A DNA stretch of 63,565 nt, filler included, from Guillardia theta CCMP2712 (GCF_000315625.1; 5 parts of 5 records of this genome joined end to end with filler, not necessarily neighbours in it), one strand, 5' to 3'. Counted from the first letter of the whole stretch, positions 31,485 to 46,197 are shown. Program-made: numbers and translations. Notes: generated by a model not told the origin, from the sequence alone.

Positions 31485-33932
31485 TCACGTCTCTTTCAGC
31501 TTGTCAAACGTTGTCTCCGGATGCTCACGGCCGAAGCCCGGGTGATCTTCCTTTCTCACGACCTTGAGGCCGTGCGGGATCGGCTTTCCCGCATGAAAAG
31601 CTTCAACAGCCTCTTCGATTCGTATAAGCTCTGCCCATCATGTCAACTGGATGTCAAACTCGAGAGGTTGCTTGACCTGAGCTGGATAGGAACGAGTCGT
31701 CATCTGTTGTATTCATGTTGCCTTCCGCCACAGTCTCATCGCCCCAGTATGTATCATCTTCCCACATCCTATGCAGGGTTCAGAAACGTTCGAATCCTCA
31801 CACCCTCCCTTCCCTCAACTTGCCTGGCCAAGAGCTCTTGTTCTGTCAGATTGGCTGGGAATTTATGATCAGTCCTGATAGCCAGCTCTGAATCGTTCTG
31901 AAATAGTCCGATTTTCTTGGAGAGATTAATTCTCTGAAGGTTGGAATGAGAAGAGAGTCAGGGGCCAAAAATTGTTTGAGAAGCAACGGATGTGACGACA
32001 AAGGTTCACATTCCAATGAGACAACAGGGAGAGTCTTACTTTCATATCATATCCCTCGATCGTTTCGAGTTTGGCACCATCGTAAACGACACCGTCTCCT
32101 CGAGCCGTAATGAACTCGAACCCGTTCTCCATCAGGTGAAGCTGAAACATGTAGTCAGAGGAGTGAAGGAGATAAGAGGTGCAAAGACAAGGAAAGCGAG
32201 GAACAGGAGACAAGACAGGGCAGGGCGAGTTCTCTATCAGGGAAGGCAAAGAATCCAGACCTCTGGGGGAGGGGTGATCTTGCTTGCAAGCATTCCATTG
32301 AGGGCAATGACGTGCGACTCTCCCGTATATTTGCAACGCGTGACCCGTAGTTGCCAATGAGCCATTTTGTATGTTTGATTAGCTGGAATGTGCCTTGTGA
32401 GATCAGCGTATTTCATCTCAAGCTTTTTCTGATAGTTTGGCTTCAAAAATTTCCTTCAAAGATGGAAAATGAGAAGGAGATTCGAATTTTGTCATTGTAT
32501 ACTCTCTTACCAAGCATCTACAGCCAGATACGGGGCAAGAAAAGTTCCATTCCGTCCTTCACTTTCGTTCTCAGTGAAAAACATATCTCTGTCTCAGGTT
32601 TCAACGCACCAATACTCTGCAATTCGCCGTTGAAGAAGCAGATATGAACGTCGCTCAATGATCGCGTGACATCTGCCATGCAAATATTAGTCGTTCGACC
32701 GTCGGCGTCAACGTCTTTGACTTGGCTGAGGGAAAGAAAAGAAAAACGATCCTGCAGATTCCTCACCCAACTGAATCACCTAAACAGACCAACTTGTAAG
32801 GCAAGAGAATAAACACTGTTCACTCGCGTTACCATTCCGGAAGTTTTATGAATCATGGTAATGAACGTTGAATTACAAAATGGCACGATGTTGATTCCCT
32901 CGATAATGATCCAATTCTCCACACACGCCTTGTTTGGTCCACTGCATCGTGATCACTGGTGGTTGAAACATTACACCATGGGAGAAGCATACCATGATTC
33001 AAAACAAAGCTTCTTCTTGTTGCTATCCTGCCAGCAAAGCAAGTCCATTCAATTCAACGAATCGAAACATGGATAGCAGCAAAGCAGACTGACAAAGTTT
33101 CGCATTAATTCCTTCATCTTCTTCATGGTCTTACGATATTTCTTCGTTTCTCGCCTTTCTATTTCCTCTGTCTGCAAGACAAACATCATCTATCACATCT
33201 CCCTTACTCCTTTCACTGACTGGAGTGTAAAAGTTCCCAAAGATCTTCGAGAACGTTTCGTCTACAACTTGACGGTCGTCCTCCCCCATCGGAGAAGAAG
33301 AGCGGGCGACAGTGCTTGCACGCCATTCCTTCTCAATCTCTTCTAGGATGAAGTCAAGAGATGACTTCATCTTCTCTTGCTGCAAGGTTGATGTCAGGAG
33401 TGACTTCTCGCACCACGTTGATCAAATCACAGGAGCTAACCATCTTTAGTTTCTCTTGTTGTATGACTTGTGCTTCTTGTATCTCCTTCTTCAGCTTCTG
33501 CAGGCTCTCGAGAAGAGTGCGAGACCTGAATCCGATTCCATTATCCTCTTCGTCTTGTTCTTCTTCGTCTCCTTCGTCTCCTTCATCTTCTCCTCCCCGT
33601 AGCCTCAACATCTCCCTCCCTGCCATGCAAACCGAAAGGTCTCCTGCCATGTTCACCCCACATGTTTTTGGCCTCGGGCCGCTCATATTCAAACAGCGAT
33701 CATCGGAATCCAACAATATCCTGTAGACAGACGACAAGATTAACTTGCTCCAGAACTCTCCACGACAAGAACTGATGGATACACCAGCAGAGGCAAGTGA
33801 GAGGAGGGAGAGGAGGGAGGAAGGAGATGCCAAAGAGAGAGAGACGGACAAGAGAGGAAGGGAAGACGGACAGCATGGAAGCAAAATTGCCGCGAAGCTC
33901 AGCATGGCAAGCATGCAGGCAACGGGCGGCAT
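31485..33932 (-). CDS. Multi-exon hypothetical protein with signal-peptide-like N-terminus and an LRLRGG motif
   Basis: MPPVACMLAMLSFAAILLPCC... hydrophobic leader; MLRLRGG at 33591-33611 followed by an acidic tract; many short AG/GT-bounded exons. Boundaries approximate. Confidence 0.5.
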
Positions 33933-34585
33933 GGCGGGCTGGGGTGAGAAGAACAGGAGGGGATGAGGCAGGGATGAGGGGGGGAGGAATGTGAATGAGG
34001 GGGATGATTGTGGACGGGTCCACAAATAGAGGTGGCTCCTCCGACATGCTCCATGTTGGAACATGGCGATGAAGCAGCTGCTGCTATATGGCTTCTTCTT
34101 CTTCTTCTTCTTCTTCCTCCTCCTCCTCCTTATCATCACCACCACCACCACCACCAACACCAACACCACCAACAACAACAACAGCTTTGTAATCTTCATG
34201 TTGGTCTCAATCATCATCTCCATCATCACCACCATCATCATCACCAGCAGCAGCAGCGGCAGCGGCAGCGGCAGCACCTCCACCTACATCTCCATCTCCA
34301 TCTCCATCTCTAACTCCTTCATGGAGATCTCAATCATTTTCTCCATCAGCATCAACAGCATCTTTGTTATCATCTCGAATATTCGCATATCTCCAACATC
34401 TCAGTACTCGTGCCCTCTTCTTGTTCCCTCTTTTCCTCTCTCTCTCTCTCTCTCTCTCCCCCCCGCACTTGCACTTCTTTTTCACTCTCCTCTTATTCAC
34501 GCTCACTTCCCCTGCCGCACTCAACCAGTCATTTGCGATCAATCTTTGTAGTCTTTCTACAAAACGAGCAAAACATTCATGCCTA

Positions 34586-36414
34586 TCAAACGATCTTTTC
34601 TCGCATGTCACTAAAAAACTTTCTTGCAGCATGTTCCAACTTCTTCTCACTCGTTCGGTCAAGCAAGCCGACAAGGAATTCAATCACTTCCATGCTGTCA
34701 TGGCGAAGCCCACGAAGTAAGTGTTTCCTCTTCTGCTATTCCCTTTGCAGCTTGCTTATCCGTGGTTCTCCCACCTCATCTTCTCCTCCTCTTCTTCCTC
34801 CCTTCGCTTCCGTTCCCCGTATTCTCTTTTCCTTTCTCCTCCGTTCCAACCACACTATTTCGCTCTCCTCTCCTCTCCTCTCCTCTCCTCTCCACTCTCC
34901 CCCTCCTTTCTACTCCCTCTCCTCTCTACTCCTCTCCTCTTCTCAACTTTTCTGGTCCATAACCACTCCTCTCCTCATTTCCTTGATTTCCGAATGTTCT
35001 CATCATGTGCGAAGGTACAACATGTTCTTCTAATCTCTTAAGCTCGCCATGTACATTCGGTTTGACACTTTGCAATAAAGTTGTCGTGGATACAGTTTTC
35101 TCATGTATGCAACCTGTTCCTTCTGCTATCTTGTTCAATTTCTTGTTCTCAATACCTACATGTTACTACATACACCCACATTACAATCAAACACCTCTCA
35201 ACAGACAGCGCAGGTCCTGCTTGCTCGGCTGTTTGAAGTGGACTTCTCAACTGACTTCTTCCTCCTCCTCCCCTCTTGGCATGCAACAGCGGTCATCTGA
35301 TCTTCTACGGAGGACGGGGTAGTCGGTAGCGACTGATCCTGGCCCGTGACCTTGCTGGAACTAGACTGCAGAAAGGAAAACTGCTCTTCCCTCCCTTGTT
35401 CCTCCACCGCTGACGACCCAGGAGTGATGGAAGGAGGCCGAGGAGGAGGAGAGGAGGAGGAATTCTGTTCCGCTGCTGCTGCCCGCGTCGGTGCCTTGCG
35501 AAAGAAGTGGGAGGATGCGTCCGTGCTGTCTGAAGGGACTTGAACTTCTCGGACGCCAGCAGGAGCGTCTAGGAGCATGACGTTCCCGAGCCCAGTCTGG
35601 AACCGAAAGTTCTTTCCTGCTCCCCTTCCCCTGTCCTCCTCCTCCTCCTCCTCCTCTCTCTTCCACCTCATCTGCTCTGCTCTGATAGTGTGTCTCCTCT
35701 CGAGGGCATGCAGTAGTCCGCTTCCTCCGACCTCTTCCGTGTGCGCCGTCCGGGTCTCGTTCCTCTTGAGCTGACTGGAGCTCATGATGGTGGAGTGAAT
35801 CGTCTCAAGGCTCGTCCCGTCCTCCCCGCTGCTGGGGGAGGAATATTCTCCTCCTCCTCCTCNNNNNNNNNNNNNNNNNNNNNNNNNNNNNNNNNNNNNN
35901 NNNNNNNNNNNNNNNNNNNNNNNNNNNNNNNNNNNNNNNNNNNNNNNNNNNNNNNNNNNNNNNNNNNNNNNNNNNNNNNNNNNNNNNNNNNNNNNNNNNN
36001 NNNNNNNNNNNNNNNNNNNNNNNNNNNNNNNNNNNNNNNNNNNNNNNNNNNNNNNNNNNNNNNNNNNNNNNNNNNNNNNNNNNTCCCCCAACGTCTCCGT
36101 CCTTGTTACTGCTCGCAAGCGGCTCATTCGTGAGCTCGCAGCGAGGGCTCGGCTGCGAGGGCGCATCGGCTCCCTCTAGTAGGCAGAGGAGGAGGGTCCT
36201 CCATCGTCCCTTCCTCTCCCCCGCGCCCCACCTGCTCTCTCGCCCGGTAGCAGAGAGAGGAAGGAGAAAGTTTTGCTTCCTGCTGCTCTCCTTCAGGAGC
36301 TTCTGCAGCTGCTCAACCTCCTCCCTCCTCCTCGTCAGCTCGTCATGGGCCGCTCGGAGATCTTTAGATCGCAGCTGTAGCTGTCCCTGCAGTAAGACTG
36401 AGATACTGAGAACG

Positions 36415-36460
<46 letters not shown>

Positions 36461-36900
36461 AGCAGCAGCTGCCGCGGATGCTTGCTGCGGGAGGAGAGGA
36501 GGAGCAGGAGCAGGAGGAGAGGAGGAGCAGGAGCAGGAGGAGAGGAGGAGCAGGAGCAGGAGCAGGAGCAGCAGGAGCAGGAGCAGCAGGAGCAGGAGCA
36601 GGAGCAGGAGCAGCAGGAGCAGCAGGAGCAGCAGGAGCAGCAGGAGCAGGAGCAGGAGCAGGAGCAGCAGGAGCAGCAGGAGCAGCAGGAGCAGCAGGAA
36701 GAAGACCTGCAGAGAGGCTCGCATGCTGGTGTATCTTGTTTCCCAGCCCTCCTTATCAGCTTCGAGTCTCGTCAAATCTTTCTCGAGCTCTTCGACACGG
36801 GGAGAAACTTTCTTGAGCGCAAACCGCAACTCTGAGATGATCGCTTTCAGCTGATTTTCATCTTCTTGACTGGTGAATGTTTGAGAGAACGCCATGTCGA
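34586..36900 (-). CDS. Coiled-coil and low-complexity exons, probably the 3' part of the CEP164-like gene (interrupted by sized gaps)
   Basis: Exons such as ENQLKAIISELRFALKKVSPRVEELEKDLTRLE and a terminal ...EHAARKFFSDMREKIV*; same strand as the upstream WW gene. Confidence 0.45.
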
Positions 36901-38309
36901 CGACAGGAGGTTGTTGTGTTCTGTTTGCTTTCTCCTGATGAGGAACGATGAGAGAGAAAGATGGAAGGAAAGGAGCGCGGGATTCAGTGGAGGTGGATAC
37001 AAAGGAGGGGAAGAAGAGAAAGAAGAAAGGGAGGAAGAAGGGTGAGGAGGGGGCGAGTGGTGGAAGGGAAAGCAAGGGAGAGTGGAAGGGAGAGATGGGA
37101 CGAAGAAAAGAGAAAAGACTTGCAGGGGAGGGAGGGAGCGAGGGAGGGAGGGAGGGAGGGAGCGAGGGAGCGAGCGAGGAAGAGAGGGAAGGAGAGAGGG
37201 AGCGAGGGAGGGGAGCGAGCGAGCAGAGGGAGATGAGGGAACTAGGGAGGGAGGCTGGGAGGGAGGGAGGGAGGGGACCAAAGGCGCAGGTGGAGGGATG
37301 AACACGGTTTCTTGAGGACCCGGAGATGGAGGAGGAGTACGCCAAGAGCCTACATCCACGGATACGCGCGCTGGTGTGGAACGAGGATGGGACTTCGGGC
37401 CGAGGGCTGATGCCTGTCCGCTACTACTCCGANNNNNNNNNNNNNNNNNNNNNNNNNNNNNNNNNNNNNNNNNNNNNNNNNNNNNNNNNNNNNNNNNNNN
37501 NNNNNNNNNNNNNNNNNNNNNNNNNNNNNNNNNNNNNNNNNNNNNNNNNNNNNNNNNNNNNNNNNNNNNNNNNNNNNNNNNNNNNNNNNNNNNNNNNNNN
37601 NNNNNNNNNNNNNNNNNNNNNNNNNNNNNNNNNNNNNNNNNNNNNNNNNNNNNNNNNNNNNNNNNNNNNNNNNNNNNNNNNNNNNNNNNNNNNNNNNNNN
37701 NNNNNNNNNNNNNNNNNNNNNNNNNNNNNNNNNNNNNNNNNNNNNNNNNNNNNNNNNNNNNNNNNNNNNNNNNNNNNNNNNNNNNNNNNNNNNNNNNNNN
37801 NNNNNNNNNNNNNNNNNNNNNNNNNNNNNNNNNNNNNNNNNNNNNNNNNNNNNNNNNNNNNNNNNNNNNNNNNNNNNNNNNNNNNNNNNNNNNNNNNNNN
37901 NNNNNNNNNNNNNNNNNNNNNNNNNNNNNNNNNNNNNNNNNNNNNNNNNNNNNNNNNNNNNNNNNNNNNNNNNNNNNNNNNNNNNNNNNNNNNNNNNNNN
38001 NNNNNNNNNNNNNNNNNNNNNNNNNNNNNNNNNNNNNNNNNNNNNNNNNNNNNNNNNNNNNNNNNNNNNNNNNNNNNNNNATGAAATGAAACTTGCAGTT
38101 GAACTTGGAAAGGTAGAAGGGAGGTAGAAAAGAAGGAAGGAGCCAGGACGGAGGACGAGAGGGAGGAAGAAGAGGAGGAGAGGAGGAGAGGAGGAGAGGA
38201 GGAGAGGAGGAGAGGAGGAGAGGAGGGGGGGAGGAACAGAAGAAGAGGGGACGGAGAGAGGAAGCGGGAGAAGAACGAAGGCAGGAAGGGAGCAGGTAAG
38301 TTCAGGTTA

Positions 38310-38823
38310 CCATGCTCTCCTTGAGGTCGTTGTTGCTATCTACAAGTGCGTTGCATTCTAATCTCAAGACCCCGTTGGTCTCGTCCAACAAACTTTTCTC
38401 GTCCCTGAGCAACTTCAGCTCCTGCGAAACAAGGGAATCACTGTAATGTCGACTAAGGACTTCGGAATGTCATATTTGCAGATTTCAAAGATTGCACAAC
38501 ACGTTAGAAACATCTTCGAGTGCACTGGGGAAATTTTCCCAACCTCTTCCATCTTCGACGAGCTCCTTGTCAGCTGTTCGATGATGTCCTGCATCTCAAC
38601 ATTCTGTTTCTCTTGCAAGCTGCCGTTCTGAGACAACTCTCTGTCTTTCTTGCGCAGCTCTCTGATAGAATTTCTCTCCTCCCTCAGCTGCTTCTCCAGC
38701 GTCCGAACTTCATGCTTGAAGGCCACAACCCCCATGCGAGCATCGTTCTGATCAACAACGAACAACATCATCAACAACCGCCTCCGCCCTCTCCTCCTGC
38801 TCCTGCTGCTGCTCCCCTGTTCA

Positions 38824-38902
<79 letters not shown>

Positions 38903-41419
38903 TTCCCCGCTTCCTTTTCCATCTCTCCCCTTTCCCCTCGTCTCCTCTCTCCCGCCATCGACATCAGCAAGTTATTGCACAAGGTCAAAGACTCACCTCT
39001 GATTTTGCTTTTGCCAACCTGACAGCTTCAAGAGTTGATCGAAGTTGGTTCAATCTCTCGCGCGCATCGTGGATTTCATCGTTAGCACTCGACAGCTTCT
39101 GCTGCAGACTCTGAATCGTCTTTGCATGTTGCAAATTCTCCGATTGGACTCGATCGAGTTGCGTTCTGTTTGAATGTCACAAAGGCAACAGAACAAGAAA
39201 GTGACCAACAGATATGAAAGATGAGACATCATCAGTAGCAAGAGTTCTCAACACTCAGCTCACCTGTTTTCCATCAGATCTCGTTCTAATCTTTTCGCTG
39301 CTTGTGAACTTTCCTCCTTGAGTCGTTTCAAGCTCTCTTTGGAACTCGTGAGGGAGGTATGTAACGAAGATATCTCTCTCTGCAAATCTTCCACTTGGCT
39401 CGATAACTTCCGGTTGGTCTGCAGCGCCGAGATTTTCCCTTCCTCCTGACTTTTTATCTCCTCTTGCAACCTGACTTTCTCTTGTTCAAGTGCAAAATTG
39501 TGATTCCTCTTGCTTTCTAACTCTTCAACAAGCTTCTTCACCGATTCGTCGACACTGCCTGTTTCATCCCTTGCAACGTTGCTCAAGACAGCTGCTGCTC
39601 TGACATGTTTGGATTTCAGATCTTCACATTCTTGCTGGGACAGATGCAAGATTGTCTCGATTTCTGCGATTCTCTCCTGCAATCTCAAGACGTTACAATC
39701 GCAATCGTTGCAAGAAAACGGCTCACCTTCAAAGAGCTGTTCTTTCTCTCGCTGTCTGACAATGCCTGATGATTTTCTTGGAGCAATTTCTCACTTCTGG
39801 CAAACTTCAACGACTCTGCTTGAAGAGAATCTGAGAGTTTCGTTTGTCTTTCTTGCATCTCTGCGATCGTTGTTAACAGAGATCCTTCACGCGTGTTGAA
39901 AGTAGATTGTCTGCACAGAGCATGTCAGGGCGTGAAGTGGGATGCAAGAAAATGGCAGGATGGATGAAACAAGTTTTCTGCCCTTACCGAGATTCAAACT
40001 CAGCCTCCCTCTGGTCCAGCTTGTATTGCGTTCTGCAAACTCTTAAGGCAAGATGTAAAAACAACACATGACAACACACCGCTCCAGTTGGTCTTTCACT
40101 TGAAGTATCTCCGTCTTCAGCACATCTGACTTCTCTTTCTCCCTCTGAACAGCGTGCTCTACATCCGACAGCTGCTCTTGCAAGGTAAGTTTCGACAGCT
40201 CAAGTTGCGCAATCTTCTCTCTCAGCTCTGCAACAACTTGTTCGCTCTTGTGAATCTGTTGGATCAGCATCTCGTTCTTTTCTGACATGCGCTCGTCATG
40301 CTGTAAAGACTGTCCGGCTTGCATGCTTGCGGTGATTCCTTCCAGGTCTTGACATCTTACCAACTGAAGGTTCAACTCCTGCTTGACATGTACAAGCTCG
40401 CCTCTCGTCTCCTCCAACGCTCGTTCAAGCGCATTTATCTTCTCATCATCCAACTTTCTTCTTTCTTCCCCAGCCTTGACGGCCCGTTTACCCTCTTGCA
40501 GCTCAATCCGAAGCAAGGATTCAGACTCTTGAGATCTTCGTAGGACGCGCTCCTTTTCAAGATGCAACTCTTCTACCACCATCTTCAACTTATTCAGCTC
40601 CTCCTTGTCCTGCAGGTTGCAAGTATGTAGCCTTGCGATCTGTTGCTGCAAACTTGTTTCCCGAGCCTCCCAACTTTCTTTCTCCCGCACCAACATGTCG
40701 TTCTTCGCTCTCTCCTCCAACAACTGCCTTTCGAGCTCAATCCCTTCTTCCCGCTCCTTGTACATTTTGTCGCCACCTGCTCTCGTCAACTCATCGTTGG
40801 CAGCTTGCAGCTTGAAGCTCAACTCCTTGCACTTCTCTTCAAACCCTCGCAGCCTGTTCGCCTCATCCTTTGCCCTTGCATGCATCTGCTCCAACCCCGC
40901 AATCTCAGCTGCGTGCTCCTCTTCTGCCGACTTCAACTTCGCCTCCATCCATGCTGCCTTCTCTGCAAGCGCATCGTTCTCAGCCCCGACCTTGCTCGCT
41001 GCAGCCTTGAGCTCCTCGTACTTCAGCTTCAGCTTCTCTATAGTTGCGTTCAGCTCTCGGTTAGTCCGCACGGCCTCGTGGTTCCCAGTGCTCAGCGTGC
41101 TTGCCATACTCTGCTGCTTCCTGCACCATGACAGCAGCCCACGAAAGTAGCCGTCTGAAGGATGCTCCCAAGACGACGACTGTGTCTCAGCATGGAAGTA
41201 GTACGTGTGACCGTTGCCGTCCTCGTGCGCGCTCCAGCCCTCCGGCACCGGAGCGTCCAACGCCATACGACAGATCCACATGAGCTCGTGCTCCGTGCTC
41301 GGGTCGATACCGAGGTGCCTGGCGAACTCTTCGAGCTCCTCCTCGTCCACCTCCTCGGCCTCCCCGTACATGGCGTCCTCCTGTATCGCCTCCATCTTAT
41401 CACTCGCGCAAACTTTCAC
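38310..41419 (-). CDS. CEP164-like WW-domain, long coiled-coil protein (basal body/centriole distal appendage type)
   Basis: EELEEFARHLGIDPSTEHELMWICRMALDAPVPEGWSAHEDGNGHTYYFHAETQSSSWEHPSDGYFR matches the CEP164 N-terminal helical+WW module, followed by several hundred aa of heptad-rich sequence. Confidence 0.75.
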
Positions 41420-42702
41420 GGGGACGTCGAAGAGCCTTCAGCTGTCAGCCACCTAACATGCCTGCCCTCTTCAGGGGCTGTTGCACCTCCTCACGATCTC
41501 TCCTCGACCTTACAGCATGAATCAAGCATGTACTGCATCGATGTCGCACTCAGCTCGGCTGCTGGCCATATGCCCCGTCCTTACCATGCTCCTCCAAACT
41601 GTGAGGACATGGAACTTCAACCTGTATCCATCTGTCAGCGCCTCTTCACCTGTCGTTTCCTGGCGCACATGCTCTCAATCACGAGAACGACTCTATCGAT
41701 TGCTCCCTCTCATATCGGTGAGCTTTCTCTCCCTCCCTCCCTGCCCTCCCTCGCGGCTCCCACTCTCCGCCCATCCGCCGCATCCCTCCCCCCCTCCGGG
41801 AGTCTCACTCTCTCGCTCTCTCTCACTCACACTCACTCGCTCACTCCTCCCTCCTCCCTCCTCCCTCCTCCCTCCTCCCTCCTCCCTCCTNNNNNNNNNN
41901 NNNNNNNNNNNNNNNNNNNNNNNNNNNNNNNNNNNNNNNNNNNNNNNNNNNNNNNNNNNNNNNNNNNNNNNNNNNNNNNNNNNNNNNNNNNNNNNNNNNN
42001 NNNNNNNNCCCTCCTCCCTTCCAGTCCTGCGGTCAACGGATCCTGTCAAACTTGTAAAACTTCGAACTTTGCTATCGGTACCCGTATAAATGTAGTAGCA
42101 AGGAGGGGTACTTTCCTCTTTTGATGCCCTGGGTGTGGTAGATCATTACCGGGGGTAGGGGTCTGGGCAGAAGCGATCACGTAGGGGTCATAACTAGGTA
42201 ATTCAGGGGGATATACAAGGTGGGGTGTGAAATTGGTAGTAGGTGGGGTAGCATGATAGATGGGGTACATGACTGAGGCAGTGTGGGGACGAGGGTACCC
42301 AATTTTGTACGAGCGAGCGAGGTATGGGCGGGAGGGAGGAGGGAGGAGGGAGGGAGGGAGGGAGGAAGGGGGAAGAAGAGGATCAGAACTTGAGGAAGAC
42401 GCAAGATGAAGATAAGACTATGATATAGCAAGAGTGAAGTTGTAGTGAGCGCTGCTTGACATGCAAGATTTCAATTAGTCAAGGTTTCAACGGAAGGTTT
42501 GATCAGTACATGAGGATAGCAATGCTAAGGGAGAACTTGTCATGCATGAAGATGCCTCGACCTCTCAGTCTCTGAGTCATACTTACCGCACGAGAAATCA
42601 TACGATACGTGCCACCTAGGAAGGTTTCGAGAAGGAAGATCCTGATTCCGATTGTTGGTGCAGGGGAGCGGGACGTTGGATGGGCTTCTGACGGGCATCA
42701 TC

Positions 42703-44006
42703 ATGGGAGACGAGGTGCTGGAGCTGTACTCCGACAACTTACACAAGATCTTCTCTCACTATGCTCGTGGTGACACCATGGATGCCTCTTGCTTCATGGA
42801 GTGCATGGCGGCCTGCAGCATCACGCCGGAGCCATTGGCCCTCGACGCTGTGTCAAGAATTTTCAAGTCGGGGGCACGAGGGTCCCATGCACTTGAGTTT
42901 CAAGATTTTCTCGAGTGCCTGGAGAGATGCTCACTGATGGGGTTCCTTCAAGACCCTGAGACTCAGGAAGAAGTGAGCTATGACGAGGCCATGGTGTTCC
43001 TGCTACGACGAATCGACAGGTCCAGGGTGTACAAGACGATAGATCCTAGTGGGAAGTTCCTCCTGCCCGAGCATGCGGTGGGACACGAGAGCGAAGGTTC
43101 TGACAGTGTTGAGGAAGAGAAGAAGGAGAAATCCTCCGATCAACAGCAGAATGATGAACTCTCTGCTGAAGAAACTGACCGCCTTCTGCGATCCCTGTTT
43201 CATTATTACTGCCTGGAGGGCAAGCAATCAAGCAAGCAGCAGATGGTAGCAGGGAAGTTCTACAAGTTTGTTCGTGAATGCAAGCTCATGGACTCCCGAG
43301 TGGATCAAGAAGCTGCAGGAAAGATTTACAAGCAGGTGATGAAGATCTCGTCTTCGGGGGTCAACTACATAGCATACAGCGACTTTGTGGAGGCTCTTGC
43401 GCTGCTGGCCAACTTGAAGTATGACAATGTCGGATCTCCCTTAGAAGTCTTCACGCGATTGGTCAACGATCACCTCAAGCACAACCTTCCTGAAGCTGTC
43501 AAGAAGCAAATGGAGCTGCCGATAGAAATCCAAGATGAGATCAAAGAAAGTCAGCAGAAAGCCGAGGAGGCTGAAGTAATGGTAAGAGCGAATGAGCAGC
43601 CTTCGATCAATAAGACTGGAGGAGGCGGCTTGAAATCATCAGCGAAACCCCCGCCGTCATCAACAACGGGCGGGAATGTGTCCGATGTTTTAGGGTTTGA
43701 AGTAGACTTGTCGGGGTCGGATTTCTCAGATGAAAGTCAAGAAGAAGACGCCGAAGCACATGTGAAGGTTTGTTTTCTTTCAGTCTCTGACCATTGCCTC
43801 TCTTGTGACTTTCATGGTCCAGCCTGACGCCAAAGAGGCGGATTCAGACGTCCATCAAGATTCCTCGTCCGAGAAGGAACAGGAAACGCAAGAAATGACT
43901 GAAGGCAACGAGAAAAGAATCCGAGAAGAAGAGGGAGACGTAACAGCGGGGAATCAACAAGAAGTGACAGCTGAAGGTCATCATCATCAGCACCACCACC
44001 ACCACC

Positions 44007-44047
<41 letters not shown>

Positions 44048-46166
44048 CAGTATCATCAAGTGACAAAACATGCACTTCTTGAAGAGGCCCAGGAGGGGGA
44101 GGAGGGTGGGGAGGAGAAAGTTGAGCAAGAGGAAGTTGAAAGGCGGCATGCTACTTCCGTTGAAGCTGCTTCAGAAGACGAGAAACCTGGCGGCCAGGGG
44201 ACAGATGACATGCAACAAGATTTTATGCCAAGGGGGGAGGATGGACGTGTTGAGGGAACGTCGAGCAGGGTGAGCAAGCAGACTATCTGGGATGATTCAG
44301 AGGAGGAGGAGGAGGAGGAGGAGAAACATTCCCATGAGCGATACAAGGAGCATGAACCAAAGATTGACACTCATTCACAACCTCTTCATAGATTCGACTT
44401 GAGCAGCGATGATGAAGGTGATGTCAACAAGAAGCACGATGTTTGAGATATCTGACTTGTGATGTTGGATAGGATCTCCTTCAGCCAAGAAAGAACGATC
44501 ACTTGTACGTCAGAGGGTTGCAGATTATGAATTTCACAAAGCACAACAACACCCACCTTCCAATGGAGTGCAGACTCCCAAACCGTCGCACCCAACCAAA
44601 CATGAGGAGGATTGGGCCTTTGAAACGTCAACTCACAACCACCATGATAACAAGAATCTTCATTTCACCGAACAGATGGAGCGAAGTCAACGGCAGAGCG
44701 AGATGCGGAGATCGACCGATCACATGCCCCATGGGCGTGTGAAGAGCGAAGAGAAACAGAAGAAGGTGATTCGATGACATGCATCGACGAATGTGCGGTT
44801 TAATTTAACCTGCAGCCATTGTCAAAACAACAGCTATACAATGAAATCATGAAGAGGTTGGTTCGATCCCATCAATTCAATCTTGATGTTAACCTGATGT
44901 TTTCCTCGAACAACAGCATCGATCCCCAAAGGAGCGGAAGGAAAGTGAAGAAGAGACGAGAAGAGCCTGAGGTGCAAGTGCGGAGATCGATCGAAACTGT
45001 TCATCCACAGGTTTGACAGACTTTCCTGCTCACTCTGCCCTACTCCCTTCACTTCCCTCCTTCCCCTATCTCCGTCTGCTCACCTCGTCCTCGTCCCTTG
45101 ACCTCTCAGTCTCTTCCTGGACTTCCTCCTCCTCCTCCTCCTCCTCCTCCTCCTCCTCCTCCTCCTCCTCCGCTCCTCCTCCGCTCCTCCTCCTCCTCCT
45201 CCTCCTCTGACGAGGGTCCAGTCGACGAGCCGGGCACCCGCCCCATCCCACCTAGATGCGAGTGGGAGCAGCTCCCGAGCGGCTCCGAGAGTCTCAGAAG
45301 CTCCTCGGACGGCGAGCGCGAAGAAGAGCTCGAGCTCCAAGAGCACGGCCTCGCAAGAGCAACCGACGTTCCAGGATGACCTACAGAAGATGTTGCACTC
45401 GAGCAATGGTGACTGCTGTGCTGTTGGACGAGTTGGACGTGCCTTCTGACTTGAACTCGCACGCCCAGCGCTGTTGAAATCTTTGCAAAGTGAGATTGAC
45501 AACCTCAAGAGTGAGAACACGTCGTTGAGCTCAAAAGTGACGACGCTGAACGAGGTCGTGAGATTGTCTTTTTCCCCTTCTCTCCTCTCCTGTGAAATGA
45601 ATGGGACGGCAGACTGTGAAGGAGAAGAGGATGAACGAGAAAAGATTGCAGGTGAACAACAAGCACAAATCTCCCTTTCCTCTCCTCTTCATTCTTCTGC
45701 TACTCCTTTAATCTGTGTGACCACAATCATAACTCGTTCTCTTCCCTCTCTTCTCGTTCTCTTCCCTCTCTCCTCTCCTCCACCTTCCCCTCTCCTCCTT
45801 CCTCTCCTCCTTCCCCTTCCTCTCTCTTCTTCCCTCTCTTCTTCCTCCTCACTTTCAATGTGCAGGAGCAACTCGATATCGTCTCCAAGTCTCTAGAGGA
45901 ATCCAACAGGAGCAAGTTGGTCACTTCCCGCTACTCCCCCAACCAGTCGGCCGCTGCAAGGAGGACGCCGTCCCCTGGACTGAGAGGCTCCGCGTCTCCT
46001 ACCATGGGGAAGGATACTAACCAGAGCAAGGGGTGAGCAAGAGGAGGAGAGAAAGGGGAGACAGAGGGAGGAAGGGAGGAGGAGGAGAGAAAGGGAGGGA
46101 GAAGGGAGGGGAAGAGACAAAGGCGGAGAGATGGTCACGATGAGAAGGAGGAAGAGGAGAGCAGGA

Positions 46167-46197
<31 letters not shown>

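Noticed and set aside
31700-31790. CIGCGKMIHTGAMRL on the minus strand resembling a PARP-type zinc finger
   Set aside because: The frame stops a few codons later without the His/Cys pair, and an AG acceptor suggests the real exon uses another frame.
36103-38089. Long poly-L, poly-QE, poly-SC or X-filled ORFs here and at 33354-34551 and 48044-50692
   Set aside because: Translations of (CAGGAG)n, (GAGAG)n and (TCCTCG)n microsatellites, mostly intronic, or of N gaps.
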